Positions 1-14,044 of a stretch of 64,000 nucleotides of DNA are shown here, one piece after another. A model generated the notes under the pieces. That model searched no databases. It worked only from the letters and a program-made list of their open reading frames with translations, and was not told the DNA's origin. The DNA is from Octopus vulgaris (Eukaryota): assembly GCA_951406725.2 (NCBI GenBank), contig OX597819.1, positions 104,842,001 to 104,906,000 on the forward strand. The letters are read 5' to 3'. The position numbers and the translations under genes were made by a program. Numbering within the stretch: position 1 is the first letter of the stretch; each line of letters begins with the position of its first letter.

Positions 1-99
1 CAAGGGGAAAAATTGGAAAATTACCGGACAAATTCAAAAACGATTTAACAGAAAATGAATTAGATTACATAACTAATTTTAAGTTTTTTGGGGGGCAGC

Positions 100-720
100 C
101 TATAAAAGACGCTTTAAAAAAAGCAGTTTTTATGGGATACCAGAAATTCATAAATCTAAAGAAATCCACAACAGCTGAAAGATTCTCAAACCGTCTGATT
201 TAAAATTACGTCCAAGACCAACATCAAACACCCAATAATTAAATACTTTACTGGACAGTATATTTAAAACTATTCTGCAACTTGGTTCTGAATTTCATTA
301 GAGATGACGTGGCCTTTTGAATCACATTCCAAAAAGAGTAAATGTAGAGACTGGTTAGCTTCGACGTGGCCAGCACCTACACAAATATCCCCCCACCCAC
401 CATTTGGAATGAGACGGTCGAATTTTCAAGTGACAAACACTCATTTATAATTCAGGATAGTTTCTCAGAATTTATACTGGGATTACGAGTGTTTTGTTTA
501 TTTTTTGATTTTTTTTTATAACTAATGTACCTTCAAATAAAAAGGACTGCAGTGGTTACAATAGTCGCACCCACTTTTGCAACATTTTTTATGGGATTCC
601 TACAAAAGAAAATCTACGTCTGATCCTGAATTATTCTTATCGGCATTTCTATTTTAAAGGAAACTAGAAAAGGTTCCTAAATGGCTGTTTCATATTTTTG
701 GACAGGAGTCCGAAAGTCCT
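100..720 (+). mobile_element. Degenerate Penelope-like element reverse transcriptase fragment
   Basis: Manual translation: FYGIPEIHKS (~128), SFDVASTYTNIP (~357), YLQIK.TA..T..APTFATFFMG (~528), decayed KRFL..CFIFW (~670), with frameshifts. Confidence 0.75.
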
Positions 721-1442
721 TACAAAATAAAAGAAGAGAAATTATCGCAAAAGAGAAATATTCATAAAGATTTTCAATCTGAAAGCAAACCAAGAGTAGT
801 GACAACGTGCAACCGAATATAATTGCTATTATGTGGATTATCTCTTACTATATGTATTTGAAAAAGCTGTAGAGAGTGAAAACAAATACGCAAGAACTTT
901 CTCCCATCAGGTCTGTGTTAATCTGCATCAAAATAATTTCTTAAATTTATGTATACACTACCGTCAGAAATTAATTAGCACCCTTGATTTGCTCTTCACT
1001 CAAGGTATGTGCTGTCACCTAGTGGCCATATCTCGAACTATTGCTTTGTTGCAGAACGATGACGTAACTTTGTTTGCAGAGCAGTTTGAGAGTCTACAGC
1101 CTTATGATGTTGACATAGCAGTGCAACAACAACTTGGAGTGCGGATGCAGACAAATCTTCCTTTGTTTAATAGATATAGGTAGCGCCTCGCAAGGACCGA
1201 AATCACACCATACTAAGTTTTCTCATCGCGTAAGACGTTTTGAACAGCTCATAGGTTGATTTAACCTATTTAATGTAGAAATTTGAGAAGTGCTAATTAA
1301 TTTCTGACGCAAGTGTATATGTACTTGTGTATATGTGTATGTGCTTTTACATGTGTGTGAGCACCTATGGGTATAATCTCATGTATATGTGTTTGTGAGT
1401 ATGTGTGCGTGTATACACATACACACACTCACACACACACAA

Positions 1443-1517
<75 letters not shown>

Positions 1518-1929
1518 TCTGGTAATTCCTCGAGATCGGAGTTGGTGGCCTTCATTCCATTGATCAGTTTATGGACTCTTGGCGGACTTATGAGTTCAAT
1601 CTTGGTTTTGAAAGAATGGGGGCAGAGCAAATGCTCAGGCTTTCGTTGTCATTTCCTCTTTTACCGTTTTCTTCAAATTTTGCTTATTTGTGGACATCGA
1701 AACTTATTGTTCCGCCACAAATAACGGTTTTATAAGTATTTACTTCCTTGGCATTAGTTTTCCAGTTATTTTTTTGTCAGCGATATTTTTTCGTCATGTT
1801 GTTTTTCAAAACATCTTTGACTATTATATATGCTTTTTTTTTAATAGTACGCATAGAAGATATGCTTCAGCTAACATATATCTTCCATTCGAACAAATGA
1901 CCTCTGCAGCACGCACGCATACACACACA

Positions 1930-1996
<67 letters not shown>

Positions 1997-2332
1997 ACAC
2001 TGGCGGTGAGGAATTCAAAGATTATTTACTAAATATTGGTTCATAAATATATAATTTCAGAACCACGTATGTAGGTTAGCATTTGTCTAAGTATCCTTCA
2101 TGAATTTTGTAACTATGAAGACAGTTCATCAAAAATACACGGATTCTCTTCACAGGTTCCACTTTCGGTATATAAAGGAAGGCGTGATTGTTCTAAATAC
2201 TGGTTGTATGCCGTGCACCTAAACTAGCACTTCATAATACATACCTACCTACCTACATACTACATACATACATACATACATACATACATACATACATACA
2301 TACATACATACATACATACATACATACATACA

Positions 2333-2915
2333 GAAAAAAGACTATGCATGGGTATGTTGCCCGGAAATTTGAAGAAGACAGAATTGACACGAAGCGCAGC
2401 CTCCCTTGGACATAAGACCCCTACATCACACTTTGAAGGCTATGCGTTTGCAATCCAGGAACAGGAGATTACCACAGAGTACCTGGTACACAAGAAAAAC
2501 AGTGACGCTCTTGTAATCCCAAGGTGCAACCGCATGTGTAGACAATGTCATGTTTCTATAGAAGACATCACACATGTGATTAGCAGCTGTTCTAAAATGT
2601 CTTCACAGTACTATCTCCCTATGCGGCACAATGTTGTCGCTAAAACAATTTACAATGTCATCCGCAAAAAAGACTGTCCTGAAACAAACTTAGAAAATCC
2701 CTCTGTTAGGGAATGCATTCATAAACACCAACTCAAGGAATAACTAGCGGAATATTCCCATCAAAATTTCTGTCAAATGTAAACAAACAGGCTGGATAAT
2801 GTTGTTTGGGACAGAGGGGCAAAAGTATGCACCGTCATAGAGGTCATCTGCCCGGCAGATATAAATATCTCTTTGAAAATCAAAGAAAAAGATTCCGAGT
2901 TCGATTCCAGGCAGT
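2333..2915 (+). mobile_element. Restriction-like-endonuclease non-LTR retrotransposon (R4/NeSL-type) C-terminal fragment
   Basis: CCHC knuckle CRQC..EDITHVISSC, RHNVVA, then past a stop NRLDNVVWDR..KVCTVIEVICP..KEK (REL nuclease motifs); lies between (TACA)n and (TAA)n. Confidence 0.75.
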
Positions 2916-2919
2916 GACA

Positions 2920-3037
<118 letters not shown>

Positions 3038-4179
3038 CAACAACAACAACAGCAACATCGAAAAATACCTTAGGAATGAGAACCCAAGTTCGAAATTTCC
3101 CCAAGGCACCTGATGAAGGCTGGAGGGTGTATCCGTGAAATGTAAATAATGTAAATAATACACATTATTAGACTCCTCAAAACCAGAAAGGAGAAGACTG
3201 ATTTGAAGACTACAAATCACTTTCCAGAAGTATATCATACATACATATAATACCCTGTTGTTGATGTTGAAATTCCAATGAAGCAGCCTTGGATCTAGGT
3301 TAGAAATCTTGAAATAAAACTGAATAGTAACAGTAAAAAATAAACTCCTGACACTTTGGAAATAGTTGTAATTGATGTGATTGATGTGATCAGTATGGTC
3401 GATGTGACTGGTGCAATAGATGTGACTGGTGTGATAGATGGTTCCTTTTAAGCAGCTGCAGAAGGAACATGAGCAAAGAGGGAACTTTAGGTTTAATTTA
3501 GAATACCCTCCCTCATAAATCCGTGGCTTTGTGCTAGTATAAGAAAGCAATATTTCTATAAACAAGGGAGGGAGGTCTATAAACAAAAGGAGGGTCTCTT
3601 TTAACTCAGTCGCCATTTTTGTTCAATTGCAAATGGGATCACAGCTTCAAGGAATCTCTAAGTGTTCGTGCGACCTCCTAAAAGTAACAGCCAAATCTTC
3701 CTTGAATCATATCATACTATCTAAAAAGTGAAGGTGATATGTATATAAAGAAAAAACAGGATAATATATAAAGATAGCATATTTGATACCGACATAAACT
3801 TTAAAAGTCGTGATGTTCACGAATGGTTTGACTCGTATGGAGCAACCTGAGGATAAGCAACACATTGATTATTTCATTTTCTTTCTCTCTTTTTTTCAGT
3901 CAAAAGGGAAGATCAAATTTGTACCCATGACCGTTTGCAAGACTTAAAGGATTATTTGGAGGGACGGAGAGAGGAGTAGTATCTTCAAACTGGAGACCTG
4001 GACCGAACCTTTACAACAAAATGGACTCCATTAAAAAATGTCTGGTGAGTTAGATGGTGATATTAGGGAAGGTGATGGATTTAGTCTACTATAAATCCGA
4101 CAAATCTCTATAAACATGGAATTGTGTCTGCTCCAGATTTTCCATAAGAACAGAGTTCCAAATACATCAACAGATTCGA

Positions 4180-4550
4180 GAGTCACTCTTCTGAAGTCAC
4201 CAGGTTTTGGAAAGTATCTCACCAGAACCGCTTTTTTTTTTTTGATTGGGAGAAATCAATAGAGATTGGAAATACACTGGCCAAAGGTCGTAAGAAAACA
4301 GAAATTCACTCATCTAACGTTACAATATTTTGAGGGACTAGAATTTGGAAAGTCACTCATATGAAGTTAGTAGAACATAGAAAGTTCCTCATCTGAAGTG
4401 AATGAAGCTTGGAGAGTCACTAGTATTGGGAAAGTCACTTTCCTGAAGTTAGTGACAATATGGGATTCGCTTTCTTGAAATTACTACAGCATGGAAATTC
4501 ACCCAAATGAAGCTTAAAGCTACTTCGATTTGGAGCTACTTTTCTGTAAC
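4180..4550. repeat. Degenerate ~30-bp minisatellite
   Basis: Recurring ggaaagtcactcatctgaagtta-like units. Confidence 0.55.
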
Positions 4551-4895
4551 GTTTCAATGGGTTCATTTTCAATTGCTGGATATATCTGAGGAGAAAATTC
4601 ACGATATTTGTTTGAAAGAAATAATACTGACTAAAACTGACAACTCATCGCATATATTACCTGTAGGAAAACTGTGACGTTGTACAGTTCTTGTATTTTT
4701 AAAACTACATCGATAGACGTGAAATGCCAGAGGTGGAATATGAATTTGTATAACAGTGTCAACTGGTTACAGCAAACACTCAACAACATACAACAGCGCT
4801 CAGGATACTCAGTTATATATTGATTTATTGATTTGGTCAATTAATTCATCCATTTATCCATTAGATTAATTGATGAAACTGGACAGACTCGCAAA

Positions 4896-4956
<61 letters not shown>

Positions 4957-5019
4957 GTGTGTGTACGTGCGTATGTATGTAGGTGTATGAAGAGAGAGAG
5001 GGAGAGAGAGACAGTTAAT

Positions 5020-5151
<132 letters not shown>

Positions 5152-5944
5152 AAAAACTGGTTGCTTTGTTATGGAATGCAGTTTGTTGAACTAAGGAATA
5201 TTGTGATGAAATCTATTTAACAAAGGCTGAGAAAGTTTTTTTTTTTTTTTAAGGAGGGAGACAACTCTATCCACCCAGCTGGGATAAGATCCCGTTCATC
5301 TCGCCAACTTTTCAAGCCAGCCTGTTCATTCGACCAAATACCCCACTACTGAACGTCAGACTCGTCCTGTTACATCAATACTTCAGATTTTTTATATAGA
5401 GAGAGAGAGTTTCAAATGTATCAATACTCAATGAAACCTAAATGATTGAAAACTAATAATTCAGAATACATATATTTGTGTACTCGAAGATTATACAATT
5501 AGAATTAACTATTATATTTCAGTAAAATCGGACAATTTTTTAAAAAAACTCGCTCTATTTTTATCAAGTTTAATATGTGTTAAAAATGGATAATTTTTTT
5601 ATTTTTGTTATACTTTTATAATTTTTATATTTTTTTTTAATAATTTTATTTTCATTCCTGTTAGATCCCGCTTAGCTATCCTCGACAGCTTTTTTTTCAA
5701 TTTGGTTGCAATTATTTTCCCTACCTACTTCCCTAGAAAATGTGTTTTGCCACGCTAAAGATGGATTTGAAATTTCCAGGGATACAGACGGATCACATAT
5801 TGAAATTTGCAATAATGCCCTGATGTAAAATTATAAAACTATTTGTTTTGGTATCATAGTTAAGTAATAAATGGAAAATTCTGTAAGTTTTTTATTTTTA
5901 TTTCATTTGTTCGATTTCATTGAAATAGTTAATTTTGGGACATC

Positions 5945-5994
<50 letters not shown>

Positions 5995-6154
5995 ATATAT
6001 ACATACACATGCACATGTATACATACATACATACATACATACATACATACATACATACATACATACATACATACATACATGCATACATACATACATACAT
6101 ACATACTAAATAATTAGGGTTCAGCAAAGATTTGCTTTACCACATACCTAAGCT

Positions 6155-6199
<45 letters not shown>

Positions 6200-6201
<2 letters not shown>

Positions 6202-7105
6202 ATTCAGTCAGTCATTCATCCGTTTTATCCATCTTCTCCACCCAGTATTCTTGAGTGGATTATGAAGGTTTCTGTCCTGAGGCACATACCCCTCCATAGG
6301 GTTGTATCGAAAGCAACCGTCATTAGACTTTCCTGTTAAATTCCTAAACGCCATCAGCTGAGACTACGGATATTATCCAACCAGATCGTTTTGGGTCTAC
6401 GCCTAAGTCTCCTGCCGGTTGGTTCAACTTGAAGAATCCATCTCGCGACTCTCTCCAGCGAAGTTCTAGCCACATGTTTGTAGTACCGGAGCTGTGAACT
6501 CCCAATGCAGAAAGGTAGCGGCTCGACCTGGCGAGATACCCTGATCTCCAAGTAACGCATCCTGTCAAATAACATTACTCTAGGGCAGAGCTCTGCAACC
6601 TTTTTTCACTTGCGGTACACTTATATTCTTTTCAAAATTTGGTGGCACACCTGAACTAGAAATATGACTAAAAGTTACACTACAATAAACACCTACCAAG
6701 GTCACGTGGTACACCAGTGTGCCACAGCATAAAAATTACGAAAAGGAGAGGTGACAATATACATCCCTGCCGAAGGCAAACATCTACGTTGAAAGGAAGC
6801 TGCATGTACCCGAACAAAAAACACCTTGGCATGTGTATAGGGACTTCACGGCAACCAGAAGTTGCCCATTAATCTCAAACTCCTGCAAAACTCTCAACTG
6901 CATATCCCGCGGCACACTGTCATACGCCTTTTCGACGTCTACGAAACAAGTGCATGCCTCTTGACAATATTCCCACCAATTCTCAAGCATCTACCGTAGA
7001 GAGAACATATGGTCGGTTGCGCAACGTCCTTGACTGTTCTTCAGCAAGCTTGGGCTCGACAATTTCCTTACAGCTTTTTTCCACACACCGAGCGTAGACT
7101 TTACA
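6200..7105 (-). mobile_element. RTE-clade LINE 3' fragment with internal deletions, interrupted by a short insertion (~6580-6780)
   Basis: TDHMFSLR, CFVDVEKAYDSVPR (RT) and RRRPKTIWLDNI (RTE C-terminus) motifs in minus-strand ORFs. Confidence 0.75.
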
Positions 7106-7172
7106 TTTACACATATGTATACATACACATATACATAATATATACATGTATATACATACGAGCAAATGAGAT

Positions 7173-7205
<33 letters not shown>

Positions 7206-7225
7206 CAGACAGACAAATAGATAGA

Positions 7226-7289
<64 letters not shown>

Positions 7290-7293
7290 TAGA

Positions 7294-7401
<108 letters not shown>

Positions 7402-7412
7402 CAGACAGACAA

Positions 7413-7489
<77 letters not shown>

Positions 7490-7499
7490 TAGATAGATA

Positions 7500-7925
7500 G
7501 ATATGTTTCTTTATTAGCCACACAGGGCTGCACACAGATAGAACAAATTACAAGGTAGAGCTTTTCTTTTGGGGGTAAAAAAAAAAAAAAAAAGGAGAGT
7601 GGTGGTTTTCGATCAAAAGGGATCGTAAAAGGAAAGAAAAAGGACAAAAAAAAAGGGGAGGGGTTAAAAAAAGGGGGGGGAGAGAAAAAAATGAATATTA
7701 GGGATCGTTATCACAGAAATGTCAATATGAAGTGTAAAGGGGAGGACAGGTGAGGTTTACCCGTGGAAAGAAAAGCCTACGGAAAAGACCACGGTAACCT
7801 CGGTCAATGAAGTCACATGTTATATTACTTTTTTTTTTTTTTTTTGCAAATAAGCAACTCTCTGTATTAATTTTTATGGTTCATAGAAATTAATACAGAG
7901 AGTTGCTTATTTGCAAAAAAAAAAA
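7500..7925 (-). mobile_element. LINE-like 3' UTR fragment embedded in GATA repeats with terminal fold-back
   Basis: Minus strand ends agccctgtgtggctAATAAAgaaa followed by (TATC)n; ~45-bp inverted repeat at 7830-7925. Confidence 0.5.
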
Positions 7926-7941
7926 GAAAATAGATAATAGA

Positions 7942-8064
<123 letters not shown>

Positions 8065-8495
8065 TTTTCTATCTGCTTTAGATTTCATACAAAATACAAT
8101 TTAGAATGTGGCAAAGCTGAATCAAGGGAGGCGACTTTTGTCTGTCTTAAACCATGTACTGCGATTTGATTCATTTTTAGCATTTTAACATCTCTTCGCC
8201 TCTTACTACGTCTGCAGTCTTTTGCCCTCTTCTACTGTTCGGTCTCTTCTCTTTCTTTTCTTCTCTCTCCCACCCCACTCTCCATATCAACTGTTTTCCT
8301 TACTCTCCTCTTCACCTACTATTTCTTCTTCGTCTTGACCACTACCACCACATCACATTGACTATTTCTTCTTCCAATTCGCTTCTCCCTCTTTTCTTTA
8401 GTCCTTTTCTTTAGTCCTTTTCTCCGTCTGTTTTTCACCTTTCTTAATTTTCTCTCCTTTCTCTTCATGTCTACTGTCCCTTCAGTTCCTCCTTC

Positions 8496-8531
<36 letters not shown>

Positions 8532-9068
8532 ACTCTTTCTCTCTTTCTTTCTTTCTATCTATCTATCTAACTCTATCTCTCTCGCTCTCTCTCACTTGCT
8601 CGCTTTCTCGCTTTCCCTCTCCCTTTCCCTCTCTCTTTTCACTCTTCTCTCTTCACCTACTTCCTCTTTTTCCCCCTTTCCGCCATCCTGCTGTGCCCTT
8701 TATATATCCTCCTTCTCTTCCTCTTCCTCCTACTTCTCTAATACATCTCTCTCTTCTACTTCAACTACTTTATTCTTCTATAGTTTACTCTCATCTCCTC
8801 CCCTTCTTCCTTCTCCTTTCACTCTAGTTTGAGCTTTGCCCTCCCTCCACTTATCCTTTTACCACAGTTTATCCTCAGTAAGATGGAGGAGATATGCTGC
8901 AAGGGGCGAAACAGATCTGTATCTCGTGTCTCGTAGTTCGACCAACTTCCCTGCTAAGTCGAGATTGATTCGAGGCTAAGCCAGCCATGGACAAACTGCG
9001 ACCCGTGGGACTTATCTGAATAACACGCCTAAATTTTTAATAGTACCATCCTCTTCATGAAAAAGGTT

Positions 9069-9228
9069 GCGCAGGCGTAGCTGTGCGATAAGAAGCTCAC
9101 TTCCCAACCACATGGTTCTGGGTTCAGTCCCATTGCGTGGCGCCTTGGGCAAATGTCTTCTACTATAGTTTCGGACCGGCCAAAGTTTTGTGAGTGGATT
9201 TGGTAGACAGAAACTGAAAGAAGTCCGT

Positions 9229-9269
<41 letters not shown>

Positions 9270-9515
9270 ATATGTGTACATATCTATATCTATATGTGCT
9301 TGTCTTTGTGTCTGTGTTTGTCCCCCCACTACCGCTTGGCAACCCGTGTTGGTGTGATTGCGTCCCTGTAACCTAGCGGTTCGGCTAAAGTCACCAACAG
9401 AATAAGTACCAAGCTTTAAAGTACGCCCTGGGGCCGATTCATTCAACTGAACATTCGAGACGCTGCCCCAACATGGTCGCAGTCTAATGACTGAAACAAG
9501 TAAAAGATAAAAGAT
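9069..9515 (+). mobile_element. tRNA-derived SINE (abundant family; further copies near 19022, 22139-22775, 38068-38380, 43215-43550, 49565-49960, 57550-57710, 60460-60805, 61445-62340)
   Basis: Box A/B-like head (ggttcagtccc), shared body ttgggcaagtgtcttctactatag, internal CA/TA microsatellite, tail tgactgaaacaagtaaaaga; repeated on both strands through the window. Confidence 0.85.
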
Positions 9516-10090
9516 ATTATATAGTCATACCTTTTAACTTGTTTCAGTCTGATATTTTTATTTCATGCCCCTTCCTCTTGAAGAAGTACCGCAGGCGAAT
9601 GACTCGACTTCAGCACTTTTTTTAAGCCTAATTACTTATTCTATCGGTCTATTTTGCCGAACCTCTGAGTTACGAGGACGTAAACACACCAACACCGGTT
9701 GTCAAGCGGTGATGAGAGACAAAACTCTTACCCAAGGTGGGACCGAAACTGGAACCTTGTGATTGGGAAGCAAACTTCTTACCACACAGCCAAGTACATT
9801 CTATGGATATGATTAGTCCTATTACCTTTCTATCCTCGATTTATAACTGATAACGCCTATTACTGCCTAAGCCGTGACCATGATATAACCATCCCAAAAT
9901 CGGACGAGAGCCAACCGAAACACAACCGAACGTCTGAAAGAAAAGAACAACGAACTGGACAAAGACACGGATCGACGTCGTCGCTAGTATTTCTTCCACT
10001 TCTTGGGGTTCTAAGTTCAAATCTCGCCAAGATCATCTTTGCCTTTCAACCTTACAATGTTCGACAATATAAAGTGCAAGTACAGAATCC

Positions 10091-10168
<78 letters not shown>

Positions 10169-10855
10169 TCTCTCTCTCTCTCACTCTCTCACTCTCTCTC
10201 TCTCATGTGTGCGTGTGGTGGGGTGATGATAATATTCATGTCGAAAGTTGCTATTGATAGGACATACTGTAGAAATATATTTACTCAATACATCCATGTA
10301 CTTTGAGAATTGCTTTAACGCGAAAATTTGAATCGAGGAGTAAGGTAAGGGAAACCTTAGGGGTCAATAACCCTTTTAAATGTTCAACATGTAACTAAGT
10401 TTATATTCACGTACATGGAAACCCAAGTAGGATCTTCACGCCTGAAAAACGTACTTGGGTTTCCACGTACGTGAAACTATTAGTAGCGTGGTTTATGCAT
10501 GTGAGGTGACCGTATAAAACAGTGTGGGGGGGGGTACAGGGTTGTCAAATAAATTCGTTCGTTTTATTTTTTACCCCATTTACTGTAATCTGTATTATTC
10601 GTCAACAATTTTCCACAAATCTGTCTGCTTCATTGTTCACTACTTCTTGTCGACGTTCTGCGAGTTTCTTCTCAATGCCTTGACGGTAAAAATCATCGGG
10701 TCTTGACTCAAAGACTTCATTGAACCACGTTTTACAGCTCCACGTCGTTGTTGAACATACGCATCACATTCTGTTAGAGAACGAGCGGAAAAGGGGTTAA
10801 TCTGAAGACGTTGAATCAGAAGAATTAGGTGAGTGCAGTAGAATGTTCTAAGCGA

Positions 10856-11841
10856 AGGCGGCGAGCCGGCAGAAACGTTAGCACACCGGGTGAAATACTT
10901 AGCGGTATTTCGTCTGCCGCTACGTTCTGAGTTCAAATTCCGCCGAGGTCGACTTTGCCTTACATCCTTTCGGGGTCGATTAAATAAGTATCAGTTACGC
11001 ACTGGAGTCGATATAATCAACTTAATCATCCGTTTGTCTGTCCTTATTTGTCCCCTCTATGTGTAGCCCCTTGTGGGTAGTAAAGAAATAGGTATTTCGT
11101 CTGCCGCTACGTTCTGAGTTCAAATTCCGCCGAGGTCGACTTTACCTGTCATCCTTTCGGGGGTCGATTAAATAAGTACCAGTTACGCACTGGGGTCGAT
11201 ATAATCGACTTAATCCGTTTGTCTGTCCTTGTTTGTCCTCTCTGTGTTTAGCCCCTTGTGGGCAGTAAAGAAATAGGTATTTCATCTGCCGCTATGTTCT
11301 GAGTTCAAATTCCACCGAGGTCGATTTTGTCTTTCATCCTTTCGGGGTCGATAAATAAGTACCAGTTACGCACTGGGGTCGATGTAATCGACTTAATCCC
11401 TTTCTCTGTCCTTGTTTGTCCCCTCTATCTTTAGCCCCTTGTGGGCAATAAAGAAATAAGAAACGTTAGCACGCCGGGCGAAATGCGTAGCCTTATTTCT
11501 TCTATCGTTACGTTCTGAGTTCAAATTCAGCTGAGGTTGACTTTGTCTTTCATCCTTTCGGGGTCGATAAATTAAATACCAGTTACGTACTGGGGTCGAT
11601 ATAATCGACTTAATACCTATGTCTGTCCTTGTTTCTCCCCTCTATGTTTAGCCCCTTGTGGGTAATAAAGAAATAGGTATTTCGTCTGTCTTTACTTTCT
11701 GGGTTCAAATTTCGCCGAGGTAGATTTTTGCCTTTCATCCTTTCGGGGTCGATAAATTAAGTACCAGTTGCATACTGGGGTCGTTCTAATCGACCGCCGC
11801 CCTCTCTAAAAGTTTCGGGCCTTGTGCCTAGAGTAGAAAAT
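10856..11841 (+). mobile_element. Multimeric SINE (5 tandem ~185-bp units)
   Basis: Repeated ggtatttcgtctg...ttcatcctttcggggtcgat...aaagaaata units; imperfect 14-bp TSD at 10842-10855 and 11842-11855. Confidence 0.88.
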
Positions 11842-12775
11842 AATTTTCTAACCGAGCTCTTGAATAGCACATAAATGTCTTGAGCGGCATTGGTGGTATT
11901 ATAATCTTGATTGAAAGCTAACAGAGGCAGTTAACGAAAATACTCTTTTTTTTTTTTACTTGGCATTCCACCGTCGTATGTCTGAAAAGAGATGAAATGT
12001 ATTTAAATTTCAAAAACGATAAACAAAAGTTGCAGTGGAAGAAATGAACTACAGAAAACAACCACAAAATACTACGGCAAAAATATTTTTCATGTTAATT
12101 CAAATAACAATGGAAAGAAACGAACGAATATATCTGAATGGATTAATCTTATATATATATATATACACGTATTTATGTATGTATATATCGAAACGCTCCC
12201 AACTGAGGAGGGTTTACGTAATGGGTGCACTACCCGTCACATATAACGCAAACCTGAAGCGTGCGTATTAAATTATTTCAAAGTATCACTATTTAATTTG
12301 ACTTCATTATTACTAATACATATATACATACACGCACACATGCATACATGCATACATACATACATACATACATACATACATACATACATACATACATACA
12401 TACATACATACATACATACATAACGTAAGTTGTGAAGTTAATAAAGATTTACAATATAGTGCACACATTATCTGATAGAAAGCTCAATAGAGTAGAGTGG
12501 ATAACTGTGCTTATTACATCAAAAGTGAAGTCAACTCTGAGCTTCGCCCCAGGCTAGGCTGTGCACGGCTGGGGGATGATAAATCTCTTTGAACCCTAAT
12601 TTAAAATTGCAGGTATTATATTAGTAAGTTATTGTTGTGATGGGTGAGACACTGCTGCTATCTTCTGCTTGTAGGGAAATATCTTGGGACTTGAAATACT
12701 TAGAGGGTTGAATTTGGGAGATTGAGCTTCGTTTTTGTTCAAAGAATAAATTCCTCAAGGTAAGAAGTAATTACG

Positions 12776-12858
<83 letters not shown>

Positions 12859-12860
12859 GC

Positions 12861-12926
<66 letters not shown>

Positions 12927-13124
12927 TATACATAGAGTCTCACTTACACACACAATCATACATTTTCTGTGTTTACATGTCCTGTTTTCCATTTTTTACC
13001 TCGTTGTTTACGTATTTCACTCGTTTGTTTACGTATTTCATGTTATTTCTCCCGTTGGTGACGTCCTGTACCCATACGTATATGCATGAATGAATGCATG
13101 TATATATATATATATATATTATTA

Positions 13125-13189
<65 letters not shown>

Positions 13190-13431
13190 TATTATTTATT
13201 ATTTAACGCAATGCTTCCATTTTCAAGCAAGTTTATCTATACATACATTTACATATATATATACATATATACATGTGTGTACGTGCGCGCGCGTGTATGC
13301 TTTTTCAGTGTGTGTGTGCCTTTTCGCCGTATCTGAGTCACAGAGAGGATAAATGTGACGTGGTTTCAACTGAAAATTGAAACCACATTACTACCTTTGC
13401 CCAAAGGTTATTTCTTCCTCTTCCGTGCTTT

Positions 13432-13471
<40 letters not shown>

Positions 13472-13739
13472 GCATAAATACATACATACGTGCATGCCTA
13501 CATATGCATCAATATATAGATGTGTGTGTGTGTGTGTGTGTATGTGCAATTGCATGTGTGTGTGTGCGCGCACGCGCGTGTATGCGTAGATATGCATACA
13601 GCGATTCTAATCAAGAGAATAATGATATGACTAGCGATCAGCCAAGTGGGAGTTTGATGAGAGATTTATTTCATTAGATATCAAGTTATCTCATGAGCCT
13701 CTCCCCTTCACCAAACCTCCCTCCCTCTCCCGCTGCCCC

Positions 13740-13770
<31 letters not shown>

Positions 13771-14044
13771 TCTTTCTGTCTCCCTTTTCTCTCCTTCTCT
13801 CCCTTTCTCTCGCTCTTCCTTTCTATCGACAATCTTGACGGTGATTAATAAACCTAATTTGAATTGTTTTAATTTTCATTAAAATAAAACTTTTATAAAA
13901 CCAAAAATCGACCCAGCCGCCTCCATTGTCACAATCTTGACAATGGTTTGGTGTTGTGTGGTTGGCAGGGACGGGCAGGTGGGTTATTCATGAGATTTTA
14001 CTGTTCATATCAGAAATCGCGGCATTAGCGCATCCATTATTTTC

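Noticed and set aside
8880-8930. GAAA-CAGATCTG-TA hammerhead-like 3' half
   Set aside because: No CUGANGA-type core or stem II in the right position.
10856-11841. Regular repeat array superficially like CRISPR
   Set aside because: Units are ~185 bp and similar along their whole length, no unique spacers or cas genes, eukaryotic context, TSD present.
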